DNA of 24,990 bases from a virus (taxonomy: Duplodnaviria > Caudoviricetes), in IMG/VR virus record IMGVR_UViG_3300048855_000215, positions 1 through 24,990 of that record. One strand, 5' to 3'. The notes under the pieces are model-generated. The model had not been told where the DNA came from. It saw nothing but the letters and a program-made list of their open reading frames with translations, and made no database searches. This document shows, piece after piece, positions 16,649-24,990 of the stretch; the stretch's first letter is position 1; the number at the start of each line of letters is the position of its first letter. The position numbers and the translations under genes are program-made.

Positions 16649-17943
16649 TGGCTCCATCCTTCATCTTCGGTGGGAATACGGGCGAGACGCCCCAATCCGT
16701 CAAGCGCAAGCGGGATCTCGCCATGGCGATCATGGGTGCTTCTGCTGCGCCCAGGAACGTCGGCGAAGGCCTCAATGCGCTCGGCTCCGGGATTGTCGCG
16801 GGCATCATGAACCGGCGCGCCGACAAGGCCGAAAAGAGTGGCAGGGCCGGTGCCGACAGTGTGTTCCAAGGCATCGTGAACAGGATTACCGGTCAAGCGC
16901 CGGATGCGGACGGGTCACGCATGGTTTCGACCGGGGCAGGACCGGCGAGCACTGGCCCTGTATCTTCGCAGTCTTCCGCTTATCGAGATGCAATCGCCTC
17001 GATCGAGAGTGCAGGCAGCGGCGGCTACAAAGCGGTTGGCCCGACGCATCCGAAAATGGGCCGCGCGCTCGGCCGATACCAGATCATGGAGGCAAATGTC
17101 GGCCCATGGTCTCGCGAAGTGCTCGGCCGCGAAGTGTCGCCGGACGAGTTCATGGCCGACGCGCGGATTCAGGACGCCATTTTCGACGGCAAATTCAACA
17201 GCTATGTGCAGCAGTTCGGTCCAGAGGGCGCGGCTCAGGCGTGGTTCGCGGGCCCCGGCGGGGTCGGCAAGACAGACCGGAAGGATACGCTCGGAACCGA
17301 CACAGGCACCTATGGACGCAAGTTCATGCGGGCCCTTGGATCACAGGGACAGCCGCAGAAAGCCGCCGGCCGCGATCCCTCGATCGGGATGCCGCATCAA
17401 ACCGCCGCGGGCGCGGTCAACGCCATGAGTGCGGGGATAAGCAGCCCTTCAGCGTCGCTTTCGGAAGAGGTCGCCGCCTTCGAGCAGACGCCTGAGTACC
17501 GGGCCCAATTCCCCGGCATGAACGTGCCGCAGGGCATCCCCGCGCAGTTCCAAGGCTCCCGGAAGCTCGCCAATGCGCAGGGCGGCGTCATGCCGGCGCT
17601 CATGGGCGGCGCCCCGGCCTCGCCCGAGCAGATCGCAGAGGCGCAGGCGATCGGGCAGCAGCAGGCGCCGCAAGCCCCGACCCGGATGGAGCTACTTCAA
17701 GCCCTCGGCAATCCGTTCCTCAGCGAAGAGCAGCGCGCGATTCTGCAGACACTCTATCAGCAGCAGGTGCAGCAGTCCGATCCGGTGCGACTGATGGAGC
17801 TTGAAAGAGGACGCCTTGAAATCGATGCCATGCGAAACGGCGACTGGTCAAAACTCGATGACGGCAGACTCTACAATCAGCGTACGGGAGAAGTGAGGGA
17901 CACCCGAACCAAACCGAACGCGTGCCTCCCGACCTTGCCCTGA
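16648..17943 (+). CDS. Internal virion/ejection protein with a lysozyme-like (transglycosylase) domain, apparently C-terminally truncated
   Basis: AIASIES...ALGRYQIM...QDAIF...AAQAWFAG motifs; the sequence turns atypical just after DDGRLYNQRTGEV. Confidence 0.75.
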   Translation: MAPSFIFGGNTGETPQSVKRKRDLAMAIMGASAAPRNVGEGLNALGSGIVAGIMNRRADKAEKSGRAGADSVFQGIVNRITGQAPDADGSRMVSTGAGPASTGPVSSQSSAYRDAIASIESAGSGGYKAVGPTHPKMGRALGRYQIMEANVGPWSREVLGREVSPDEFMADARIQDAIFDGKFNSYVQQFGPEGAAQAWFAGPGGVGKTDRKDTLGTDTGTYGRKFMRALGSQGQPQKAAGRDPSIGMPHQTAAGAVNAMSAGISSPSASLSEEVAAFEQTPEYRAQFPGMNVPQGIPAQFQGSRKLANAQGGVMPALMGGAPASPEQIAEAQAIGQQQAPQAPTRMELLQALGNPFLSEEQRAILQTLYQQQVQQSDPVRLMELERGRLEIDAMRNGDWSKLDDGRLYNQRTGEVRDTRTKPNACLPTLP

Positions 17944-18102
17944 GCCCGCGATACGGCGTTGACAACGTCGTCGTACGACCCTGCCTGACGACGTCAGTTT
18001 GTCGAAGCAACCCAAGGGCCGGGGGTGGCGCTGGTGGGGCTAAGGCAATCAAGGAAACGTGTTGCCGGCAGTCCAGCGGAATGAACGAAACGGGAAATCA
18101 CG

Positions 18103-18128
18103 GGCGGTTCTTCGGAGCCGCCTTATTT
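18103..18128 (+). terminator. Terminator-like hairpin with cUUCGg loop before the tail fibre gene
   Basis: GGCGGTTC-TTCG-GAGCCGCC then TTATTT. Confidence 0.65.
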
Positions 18129-18141
18129 CATGGAGGTTACG

Positions 18142-19938
18142 ATGCCACGCACAGGCGGAGTCTATTCACCACCTGCCGGCACGAAAGGTGTGTCCAATAC
18201 GACCATTCAGAGCGTGCCCTACAATGCGCTTGTGGATGACCTCAGCGCCGACGCCAATGCCGCGCGGCCGGTCACGGCAGGAGGGACGGGGGCGACCTCG
18301 GCAAGCGCAGCCCGGACCAATCTCGGATTGGCGATCGGTACGAACGTGCAGGCCTACGACGCCGGCCTGCAATCGATTGCCACGCTCGCGACTGCCGCCG
18401 ACAGGATGATCTACACAACGGCAGCCGATGCCTATGCCACGACGGCGCTGACGCCGTTCGCGCGCACGATCCTCGGCGACGCAGACGCAGCGGCGGCGCT
18501 GACGACCCTGGGTGTGTCCGCTTTCGCCAAAGCGCTCCTGGACGACACGGATGCGGCTACCGCCCGGACGACGCTCGGAGTGGCAATCGGAGCGGACGTG
18601 CAGGCCTACGACGCCGGTTTGCAGTCGATCTCCGGGCTTACGACCGCCGCAGACAGGACGATCTACACGACCGCATCGGATGTCTATGCGACCACGGCAC
18701 TGACGCCATTTGCGCGAACGATCCTCGACGACACCAGCGCCGCTGCCGTGAAGACCACGCTCGGCCTTGCGGCAGTGGCGTCGTCCGGATCGGCCTCGGA
18801 TCTCAGCTCGGGAACGATTTCCGACGCACGGCTTCCGGGCTCGATGGCGGGCAAGAATTTCTCGTCCGGCGTAAGCTTCGCCAATGCGGTTGCTGCCGGG
18901 AATACCGACCTGTCGAAGCATATCCAGCTCTACAGCGGTTACGGATTCACGATCACGGGTTCGACCCTGAACTATACGGTCCCGGCCAACTCCTCTCATG
19001 TGTGGAACGTCAACGGAACGGAAGTCGGCCGCCTCAATTCCTCGGGCCTGACGCTGGCAACACCGCTTGCGCTCGTCGAAGGAGGTACGGGCTCGACGGA
19101 CGCCGCGACGGCGAGATCCAATCTCGGTGCGAACAGCGCTTCCAATCTCACGACCGGAACCGTTCCGAACGCCAGAATTTCCGGAGCCTATGACGGCATC
19201 ACGACGCTCGGCCAGACCGGCACCCATACGATCACCACCCCCGGCGAGGCGATACGTATTGTTGGCCCCGCCTCCACCGACGATCCGTATGTGAGCTTCT
19301 ATAAGGGGGCCACTCGCCAAGCTTATATCCAGCACACCGACGGCACGGGGGTAAATCAAGGGTTTCGCATTTATAACGATACGGCGACCGGCGGCGACAC
19401 GGCCCTCACACTGAAGAATTCCGGCGGCGTCGACAGCCTGGAATTCCAGGTCAACGGCGCCGAGCACGTCGTCTATCACTCCGGAAATCTATCCTCGGCC
19501 GACCTTAACTCGATCTATGGCTACACGCCGGCGTCAAACGCGGTCAGTACCACTGCCGGCAACGGCTTGACCGGCGGCGGCACGCTTGCGGCAAGCCGGA
19601 CCCTGACGCTCGGTACGCCTTCGAACATCACGAACTCGACCACCAACTCGGTCACTGCGACCAGCCACACGCACGCGCTGGGATTTACAGCGGCGGAGGT
19701 TTACACGGGTTCGACGCAGGACGAAACCAACCTGCCGATCGGGCACGTCATCGCCGCCTATATCAACGGGTGGAACAATCGCAATCAATCGACGACGCTT
19801 CGCCTTCACTCACAGCCAATGAGCTACTGTACTGACTCATTCAGTTCCGCCGGTGCCGCTTTAGCCGGCACTTGGCGCGCGAGGGGGGTGGTGTCTACTG
19901 ACGGCAGTGGAATTCAACTCTGGCAAAGGACGGCTTAA
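18142..19938 (+). CDS. Tail fibre protein (598 aa)
   Basis: GGAGG RBS; MPRTGGVYSPPAG anchor; GGTGA...AARTNLG motifs; duplicated VQAYDAGLQSI unit; GTWRARG...WQRTA tip. Confidence 0.85.
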   Translation: MPRTGGVYSPPAGTKGVSNTTIQSVPYNALVDDLSADANAARPVTAGGTGATSASAARTNLGLAIGTNVQAYDAGLQSIATLATAADRMIYTTAADAYATTALTPFARTILGDADAAAALTTLGVSAFAKALLDDTDAATARTTLGVAIGADVQAYDAGLQSISGLTTAADRTIYTTASDVYATTALTPFARTILDDTSAAAVKTTLGLAAVASSGSASDLSSGTISDARLPGSMAGKNFSSGVSFANAVAAGNTDLSKHIQLYSGYGFTITGSTLNYTVPANSSHVWNVNGTEVGRLNSSGLTLATPLALVEGGTGSTDAATARSNLGANSASNLTTGTVPNARISGAYDGITTLGQTGTHTITTPGEAIRIVGPASTDDPYVSFYKGATRQAYIQHTDGTGVNQGFRIYNDTATGGDTALTLKNSGGVDSLEFQVNGAEHVVYHSGNLSSADLNSIYGYTPASNAVSTTAGNGLTGGGTLAASRTLTLGTPSNITNSTTNSVTATSHTHALGFTAAEVYTGSTQDETNLPIGHVIAAYINGWNNRNQSTTLRLHSQPMSYCTDSFSSAGAALAGTWRARGVVSTDGSGIQLWQRTA

Positions 19939-19940
19939 CA

Positions 19941-20261
19941 ATGCGCCTGAACGAAGTATATGCCGCGCACGCGACCCGTGAGCCGGGTGTTTTCATTATT
20001 CAATGCAACATCACGGACGCAGCGGGAGAGACGTATGATGCCGTGTCGGTTGTGCGTCCGAACGACCCGCACGGCCTTAATCCTATTCTCAGGAAGTGGA
20101 TGGAGGACAATCCCGGTTTCACGGTCGGCCCTTATCCGCCGCCGATTGCCGACAAAACGCGAGCGGCAATGCCGCCTCTGCCAGCGCGCCAATTGAGACT
20201 TGGCCTCTTTGGCGACGCACACCATGAGATATCCGAAAATGCGCGGAGAACCGGCGTCTAG
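19941..20261 (+). CDS. Tail-fibre-associated (assembly/chaperone-like) protein, possibly truncated
   Basis: Immediately follows the fibre gene; RPNDPHGL and MPPLPARQLRLGL motifs; ends soon after the second motif. Confidence 0.6.
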   Translation: MRLNEVYAAHATREPGVFIIQCNITDAAGETYDAVSVVRPNDPHGLNPILRKWMEDNPGFTVGPYPPPIADKTRAAMPPLPARQLRLGLFGDAHHEISENARRTGV

Positions 20262-20449
20262 TTCCCGGTATCTAAGTCAGGATAACACGCACGAAATGGT
20301 CACCCCCGAAGAAGCGATCAGGCTGGTGCCACCGATACTGGAACCTAGATCGGGTCGGGAGGCGACATCCCGTAGGAGGATATCCGACGGTGGCCCCGTT
20401 GTATCGCTATAGATCTGCTGGTCGATCAGATACACCACTATGCGCTGGC

Positions 20450-20872
20450 CTAAAGCCTGTTGAGATTCATTTGGAGTTTATGACGGCTTCTGTGAGATTG
20501 ATAATGGCGTTGAAGCTCTGTTCGGTTTTGTCAGCACGCATGACGATGCGCTTGAATTGAGTGCCGACCGTGCGCCACTGCATTTGACCATTGATCGTAG
20601 CCGATCAATGGACAAATGCTGCAGGTCAAAGTGCTCCAGCGAACTTTGCGCGTGTGTAAGACGCGCGGCGCTGTAGGAAACTTTTCGGAGGCGTACAATC
20701 TCTCCTCCCCTCATCCCTGTGCTCGTCACACGGATCCAGCAGCGCCGCGTCTGCGGCGCGGGAAGCGTTCTTTCAGCCCAAGGACTTGGTCTGGCTGGAT
20801 TCCTGTGACAAGCACAGGAATGAGGAAATCAAACAAGCGGAGGCGGGTGTCCCCAATCTCAGCAGGCCTTAG
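20450..20872. mobile_element. MITE-like non-autonomous element (imperfect 19-bp inverted ends)
   Basis: Left end CTAAAGCCTGTTGAGATTC (20450-20468); right end CAATCTCAGCAGGCCTTAG (20854-20872); no transposase. Confidence 0.55.
20709..20825. repeat. RIME/REP-type palindromic intergenic element of Rhizobiaceae
   Basis: 32-bp inverted arms (20709-20740 and 20794-20825, 4 mismatches) enclosing two hairpins (GCGCCGC..GCGGCGC and CAGCCCAAG..CTTGGTCTG). Confidence 0.85.
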
Positions 20873-20917
20873 GTCGTTGCGTGGTGAAGCGCACCGGCAG
20901 AGGCGTAAGCTCCTCAA

Positions 20918-21973
20918 TTAGACGCTTGCGCCCCAGTTTCGCGAGGGCGCTAGTCGTGCGTCATCCGGATCAAATTCAATCGTTGGCATAAACCCAAGAT
21001 CAATAAGTTGCTCAGGATTGACGAAACGAATTGAGGCTTCGTCGACGAAATCGATGGCGCCTGCCTTGTCTATTTCACTCTTCATCGCTTGATAATGCTG
21101 TGAGCCGTTATAATGTTGTTTATCGGAGACGGCCTCAGCAATCTTTTCTCTGTAGTTGGTGAAGAACTTGAAATGCAACAGAACACCCCAAATGGGCGAA
21201 AAATTGCGATTATAAGGAAGTGGACGATGAATGCTGCTTCCGAACCGGCAATCTTTATCCCAATATACGAGGGGATACTTGATTAGCTCATTGTCCTCGC
21301 TGAACAGGCGCTTCCTTGGGCCGCCCTTTACGCTTATGCCTCGCTTTTGAAGCGTGACTTCATAGCCGCTGCTATCGATGTGATCCACGACGTGCCACGG
21401 CATGTTGCCGTCTCTGCTTTTTGCTTCACTAGATGGATAAAAATCGACCATGGGAGCCGGCAACCGTTTGATATTATGCTCCTCGAGCACATTTATCAAA
21501 GCCTTTAGCGGTTCGCGCAGGCACTGGTCATAGACCAGGAACTCGTCCGAATCGAGATTTAGATACCAGCGATTATAGCCGTATCGCTCAAACAGGGCTT
21601 CGCGCCAACGGCGCCCTCGCCGCGCCGCCTCAAAGCGAATTGGGGAAGTCCAGACATCAACGTCCGGTTGGCCCATCAGATACTCACGCGTCCCATCAGT
21701 CGATACGTCATCAAGGCAAATAAATCGGGTTACGCCAAGTCTCCGGTAATGACTCAGGAATGCCGGAATGAGGGCGATCTCGTTGTGTGTGACGAATACC
21801 AACGGAAGATCGCTTGCGCCCAGCGCAGGCGCATCCTTTGCCGGTATAATAGTCACCTTTTCAACTTTTCTGCGCTCTCTGGCGGTAACCCTCCAATTGT
21901 CATAGAACGTTAATAGACGATCAACGAAGGTGCGGTGCGGGAACGAAAAATCGCGGTCAAATGGATATTTCAT
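20918..21973 (-). CDS. Glycosyltransferase family 2 (Glyco_tranf_2_4-like)
   Basis: HNE...FLSHYRRLGV...DDVSTDGT, DSDEF (DxD) and LLHFKF motifs. Confidence 0.9.
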   Translation of the reverse strand: MKYPFDRDFSFPHRTFVDRLLTFYDNWRVTARERRKVEKVTIIPAKDAPALGASDLPLVFVTHNEIALIPAFLSHYRRLGVTRFICLDDVSTDGTREYLMGQPDVDVWTSPIRFEAARRGRRWREALFERYGYNRWYLNLDSDEFLVYDQCLREPLKALINVLEEHNIKRLPAPMVDFYPSSEAKSRDGNMPWHVVDHIDSSGYEVTLQKRGISVKGGPRKRLFSEDNELIKYPLVYWDKDCRFGSSIHRPLPYNRNFSPIWGVLLHFKFFTNYREKIAEAVSDKQHYNGSQHYQAMKSEIDKAGAIDFVDEASIRFVNPEQLIDLGFMPTIEFDPDDARLAPSRNWGASV

Positions 21974-22852
21974 TTAAAAAATCCAGAGAAGTTTATATTT
22001 AGTCTTTCGCCGCGCATCGTTCCAACACATTCTGAAGAACTTAATCCGTATCGTCAGGCCGACAGGAGGAAGTTTTCTTGTAAGGCCGTAGCATCCTAGA
22101 GTATATTTTAGCCGCTGATCAAGCCTGTCGCGAAAGCTTTTCGCTCCATATCTCTGCTCAGAGCCAGATCCCTCCGTGAAGTCGAATGTTGGTCCGTCGA
22201 CGTACACTACGAGGTCGCGGACGACAAGTTCTGAAACGACGTATGATGCGAAACACCAAGGATTTCCAAGTTCGAACCAGCGTTCCATGAGCATTTCTTT
22301 TGCGCTGGCTCTGTACAGACCGTAGATCCACTCAGCCGGGAACGTTAGATTTCTTGGAACCTTGCCTGATGCGTATTTACTTGTGAATTCGAAGACAGAG
22401 TCGTCCGGGGCTTTGATTCTGGACCCGCTTCGCCCTACCAGCTTCGTCGAGCATGCGGCAAGAAGCTTTCCGGGCTTTTCGTCAAGTGCTTCAACCAAGC
22501 GCGCGAGAAAATCCGGCGACGAATGGTCATCGCATGCACGCAGGCAAAAATATTCGCCACGTTCGGCGCCGAGCCGGACTGCTCTCGCGAAGTTATCGAT
22601 CGCGCTTACATGTTCTGCGCATTTGACGACGGAGAAGCGTTCATCCGACCGGCAAAATTGCTCGGCTATGTCGACCGTCTTATCCGTCGATTTATTGTCG
22701 AGAATGATTGCTTCGAAGCCATCGAACGTCTGTTCGGCAATGCACCGTAGACTGCTGGTGAGTGTCTTTTCGCCATTATAGACGGGGAAAACGACGACAA
22801 CCTTCGGCTTGGGCACTGATTTTATCTCTACCGTTGAATCAGTCTTGCACAT
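21974..22852 (-). CDS. Glycosyltransferase family 2
   Basis: PVYNGEKTL...DNKSTDKT...NF...ACDD motifs; ATG at 22852; stop abuts the next start. Confidence 0.9.
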   Translation of the reverse strand: MCKTDSTVEIKSVPKPKVVVVFPVYNGEKTLTSSLRCIAEQTFDGFEAIILDNKSTDKTVDIAEQFCRSDERFSVVKCAEHVSAIDNFARAVRLGAERGEYFCLRACDDHSSPDFLARLVEALDEKPGKLLAACSTKLVGRSGSRIKAPDDSVFEFTSKYASGKVPRNLTFPAEWIYGLYRASAKEMLMERWFELGNPWCFASYVVSELVVRDLVVYVDGPTFDFTEGSGSEQRYGAKSFRDRLDQRLKYTLGCYGLTRKLPPVGLTIRIKFFRMCWNDARRKTKYKLLWIF

Positions 22853-22945
22853 ATCCAATGGCGCGACGATCCGCAACGGGCGTCCATGGCGAGAGCGCCA
22901 GGCGCTTCTTCGGCGGCAGCAAGCTCGCAACGGACGAAGGCCGGT

Positions 22946-22997
22946 TGAGGAGATCAAGCAAGCCGCTGCGGGTATCCCGAATCTCAACAGGCCTTAG
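22946..22997 (+). repeat. 52-bp direct repeat of 20821-20872 (second MITE-like right end)
   Basis: 44/52 identical by hand alignment; its last 19 bp match the reverse complement of 20450-20468 at 18/19. Confidence 0.85.
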
Positions 22998-23045
22998 TCC
23001 GCCTTTTTTCGCCGACGAACTGCAATTTCAGCAGAAAGGAAACCC

Positions 23046-23858
23046 ATGACCAAAACCGTGCCTCCGGGCGCGGCGATGCTGCTCGACTTTATCCGGGAGG
23101 CGGAAGTCGGCAGCAAAGGCCGCGCGTCTTACGACGTGATCTACGGACATAACCAGGGGAAGCTCACAAAGCCGCTTACGCAGATGGCGATCGCCGAGGT
23201 GATCCGTGCGCAGAAGGGGTGGGCGAGGGCGCATGGATCGAGTGCGGCGGGGGGCTATCAGTTCATGCGGGCCACGCTTTCCGGGCTTTTGCAGGAAGTA
23301 CCGGGATTGGGCGGAGATCAGCGCTTCGATCCTGCGCTTCAGGACCGACTCGCCCTTCACCTTCTGAACCGCCGTGGTTTCGCCGGCTTTATCTCCGGCG
23401 AGATCGGCCCCGTTGAATTCGCGAGGCGCCTGGCGATGGAATGGGCGTCTCTGCCGGTTCTCGCCGATAGCCAGGGTGACCGGCAGCGGATAAGGCGCGG
23501 GCAGTCCTATTATGCCGGCGACGGGCTCAACCGAGCGCTGGTGCGGCCGGAAAAGCTGGAAGCCGTGCTTCGCGCAGTGCTGGCAGCCGGTCCACGAGAG
23601 GTCGAGGCGGACCGCGCGGGCGAGGCGGCGGCGCTTGTGGTTCCGGCACGCCCGCGCAAGCCGGTTTCCCGGTCCGGCCGCTTCTGGACCTGGTTGCTGA
23701 CGGCCGGCGGCACGATCGTCACGGCGCTGAAGGAGCTGAACCTCGTCGCGCTGGATTGGCGGGTGCAGCTTGCGATCCTCGTCATAATCGTCAGCTTTGC
23801 CGTTTACGCGATCTGGTCGATGCCGGCGGTCCGCGACGCTTTGAGGCTCACACGATGA
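23046..23858 (+). CDS. Endolysin (lambda-R-like muramidase/transglycosylase) with C-terminal hydrophobic segments
   Basis: LLDFIREAE, YDVIYG, SSAAGGYQF, FDPALQD and EWASLP motifs; AAGGA RBS. Confidence 0.85.
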   Translation: MTKTVPPGAAMLLDFIREAEVGSKGRASYDVIYGHNQGKLTKPLTQMAIAEVIRAQKGWARAHGSSAAGGYQFMRATLSGLLQEVPGLGGDQRFDPALQDRLALHLLNRRGFAGFISGEIGPVEFARRLAMEWASLPVLADSQGDRQRIRRGQSYYAGDGLNRALVRPEKLEAVLRAVLAAGPREVEADRAGEAAALVVPARPRKPVSRSGRFWTWLLTAGGTIVTALKELNLVALDWRVQLAILVIIVSFAVYAIWSMPAVRDALRLTR

Positions 23859-24100
23859 CGTTTCCGTGGAGCAACCTGGTCGTCGCTGCCTTGATCCTGG
23901 CCGGAATTTCCTGGGCCATACTCGAAATCCGTTCGAATGCCGCGCAGGCGGTCCGCAATTCAATCGAAAGGCAGAACAATGAAGCAGCAAAGAGCGCTGA
24001 CGCGAAGCGCTTTGACTATGGCGTCTGTTCTTCTTCTGGCGGGCTGTGGAACTTCGGGACCGGCCGATGTGAGCGGCCTTCGCAGCATCGTGGGAACTGA
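23855..24100 (+). CDS. Rz-like inner-membrane spanin (81 aa)
   Basis: N-terminal TM, helical periplasmic region, two C-terminal Cys; ATGA overlap with the endolysin gene. Confidence 0.7.
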   Translation: MTFPWSNLVVAALILAGISWAILEIRSNAAQAVRNSIERQNNEAAKSADAKRFDYGVCSSSGGLWNFGTGRCERPSQHRGN

Positions 24101-24230
24101 ACTTACCGGCGCCCGCGGCGCGACGCAGATCGACCAGCGCAAGATCGACCGCACGGTGGTCGGCCTCTGCGCGGCATCCGTCTGGACCAGGGCGGAGTGT
24201 GCGAGACACGGGGAGGGCGGAGATGATTGA
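23979..24230 (+). CDS. Rz1-like outer-membrane lipoprotein spanin
   Basis: Lipobox LLLAG-C in a shifted frame overlapping the Rz-like gene; start could be 23979 or 24018. Confidence 0.7.
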   Translation: MKQQRALTRSALTMASVLLLAGCGTSGPADVSGLRSIVGTELTGARGATQIDQRKIDRTVVGLCAASVWTRAECARHGEGGDD

Positions 24231-24561
24231 GGCCGCCGTTCACCAGCAGCTCGGCACCTTGGTCGCCGAGGTGAAGAACCTGCGGGAGGACCTGCGCCGA
24301 TCGGAGGACAGGTCGGATGCCGGCCGCGTATCCATGACGCGCCGGATGGACGAGTTGGTCGAGCGCATGCGGACTCTCGAGGGCTCGATGATGCTCGTCA
24401 AGGACGATATTGCCGCGATGAAACCGGTGACCGAGGACGTGCGCAAATGGAAGCTGATGGGGATGGGCGCTCTCGGCGTTATCGGGATCGGCGGGGCGGC
24501 GCTCGGCGTGACCTTTGCCGATGTGACAAAACGCGTGCTGTTGCTCACGAAGGCAGGGTAG
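24223..24561 (+). CDS. DUF1515-like coiled-coil protein with C-terminal TM (putative holin/lysis accessory)
   Basis: VHQQLGTL...EDLRRSED...MKPVTEDVRKWKLMGMGALG pattern; position in the lysis cassette. Confidence 0.7.
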   Translation: MIEAAVHQQLGTLVAEVKNLREDLRRSEDRSDAGRVSMTRRMDELVERMRTLEGSMMLVKDDIAAMKPVTEDVRKWKLMGMGALGVIGIGGAALGVTFADVTKRVLLLTKAG

Positions 24562-24583
24562 AGAAATTTTTGCAGTAATTACG

Positions 24584-24612
24584 TTGCAGCGGCGCTGAAG
24601 GCGCCGATGCAA
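24584..24612. terminator. Hairpin between convergent genes; possible terminator ending the late operon
   Basis: TTGCA-G-CGGCGC-TGAAG-GCGCCG-A-TGCAA, with a T-run about 8 nt downstream. Confidence 0.45.
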
Positions 24613-24705
24613 TAGGTTCCTTTTTTACCGCAATCCGTTGGCCCGACCGGCGTCACTTCCCTCGAAGATGCTCCAGGGTGCTCCAGCGCAGGAACGTAGC
24701 CCACT

Positions 24706-24990
24706 TCAGTCGTCGTCGAAGAGTGGAAGGTCGCGATAGCGGCGGCTTACCAACCGCAACGATCGGTCCGGCTCTATGACATAGCTTTCGTAGACCCGGC
24801 GGCCGAATCGATCGATGAACTGATGCGGCACAATGCTGCCGACCGGTGCCTTGGTAAGCCTGGTGCGCGGCTGGCCACCATAGGTGATGCTGCCGGGAAT
24901 CGGCTCCAAATAGGGCGAATAGCCCATCGAGGTCGCCTCGCAGCCGGTCAGAAGTGTGAGCATGCACAGGATAGGAAGAACATATTTCAT
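24706..24990 (-). CDS. Small lipoprotein, probably a host gene
   Basis: MKYVLPILCMLTLLTG-C lipobox signal; 94 aa; convergent to the phage operon. Confidence 0.75.
   Translation of the reverse strand: MKYVLPILCMLTLLTGCEATSMGYSPYLEPIPGSITYGGQPRTRLTKAPVGSIVPHQFIDRFGRRVYESYVIEPDRSLRLVSRRYRDLPLFDDD

Larger units (their letters stand above)
847..24561 (+). mobile_element. Podovirus-type prophage late region or domesticated GTA-like phage particle cluster (continues left of the window)
   Basis: Co-oriented scaffold, capsid, adaptor, nozzle, ejection, tail fibre and lysis genes, many joined by ATGA/TTGA overlaps. No integrase or replication genes are visible. Confidence 0.9.

Noticed and set aside
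15389-16657. 422-aa Leu/Val-rich minus-strand ORF that looks membrane-like
   Set aside because: Artefact of the reverse complement of CAG/AAC repeats in the pilot gene.
1-24990. CRISPR array, tRNA/rRNA, att site
   Set aside because: No regularly spaced repeats, cloverleaf or att-like duplicated core was detected by eye.

Overview
GC-rich alphaproteobacterial DNA, probably Sinorhizobium/Ensifer-like judging by a RIME-type palindrome. Almost all of it is the late module of a podovirus-type prophage or domesticated GTA-like particle on the + strand. Gene order: small post-portal-type gene, scaffold, DUF5309/SU10-type major capsid, two adaptor-like genes, nozzle, GNAT-like assembly protein, pilot/ejection proteins, tail fibre, then endolysin, overlapping spanins and a DUF1515-like gene. 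A probable host lipoprotein gene follows. No integrase, replication, terminase or portal gene is in the window. The structural backbone is interrupted at fixed slots by variable cargo: (i) a lysozyme-like 417-aa protein with a convergent membrane protein and decayed copies of a secreted protein, between the capsid gene and its terminator; (ii) a 604-aa protein with an ejection-protein-like N-half and an HExxH...ExxAE zinc-metallopeptidase C-half, followed by two paralogs (one inverted) that have both lost the first catalytic His; (iii) two GT2 glycosyltransferases bracketed by MITE-like ends. Decayed copies of flanking structural-gene ends show that these slots grew by tandem duplication. My best hypothesis is a virion-delivered polymorphic effector/immunity system. 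All family calls come from motif recognition by eye, not from database searches.
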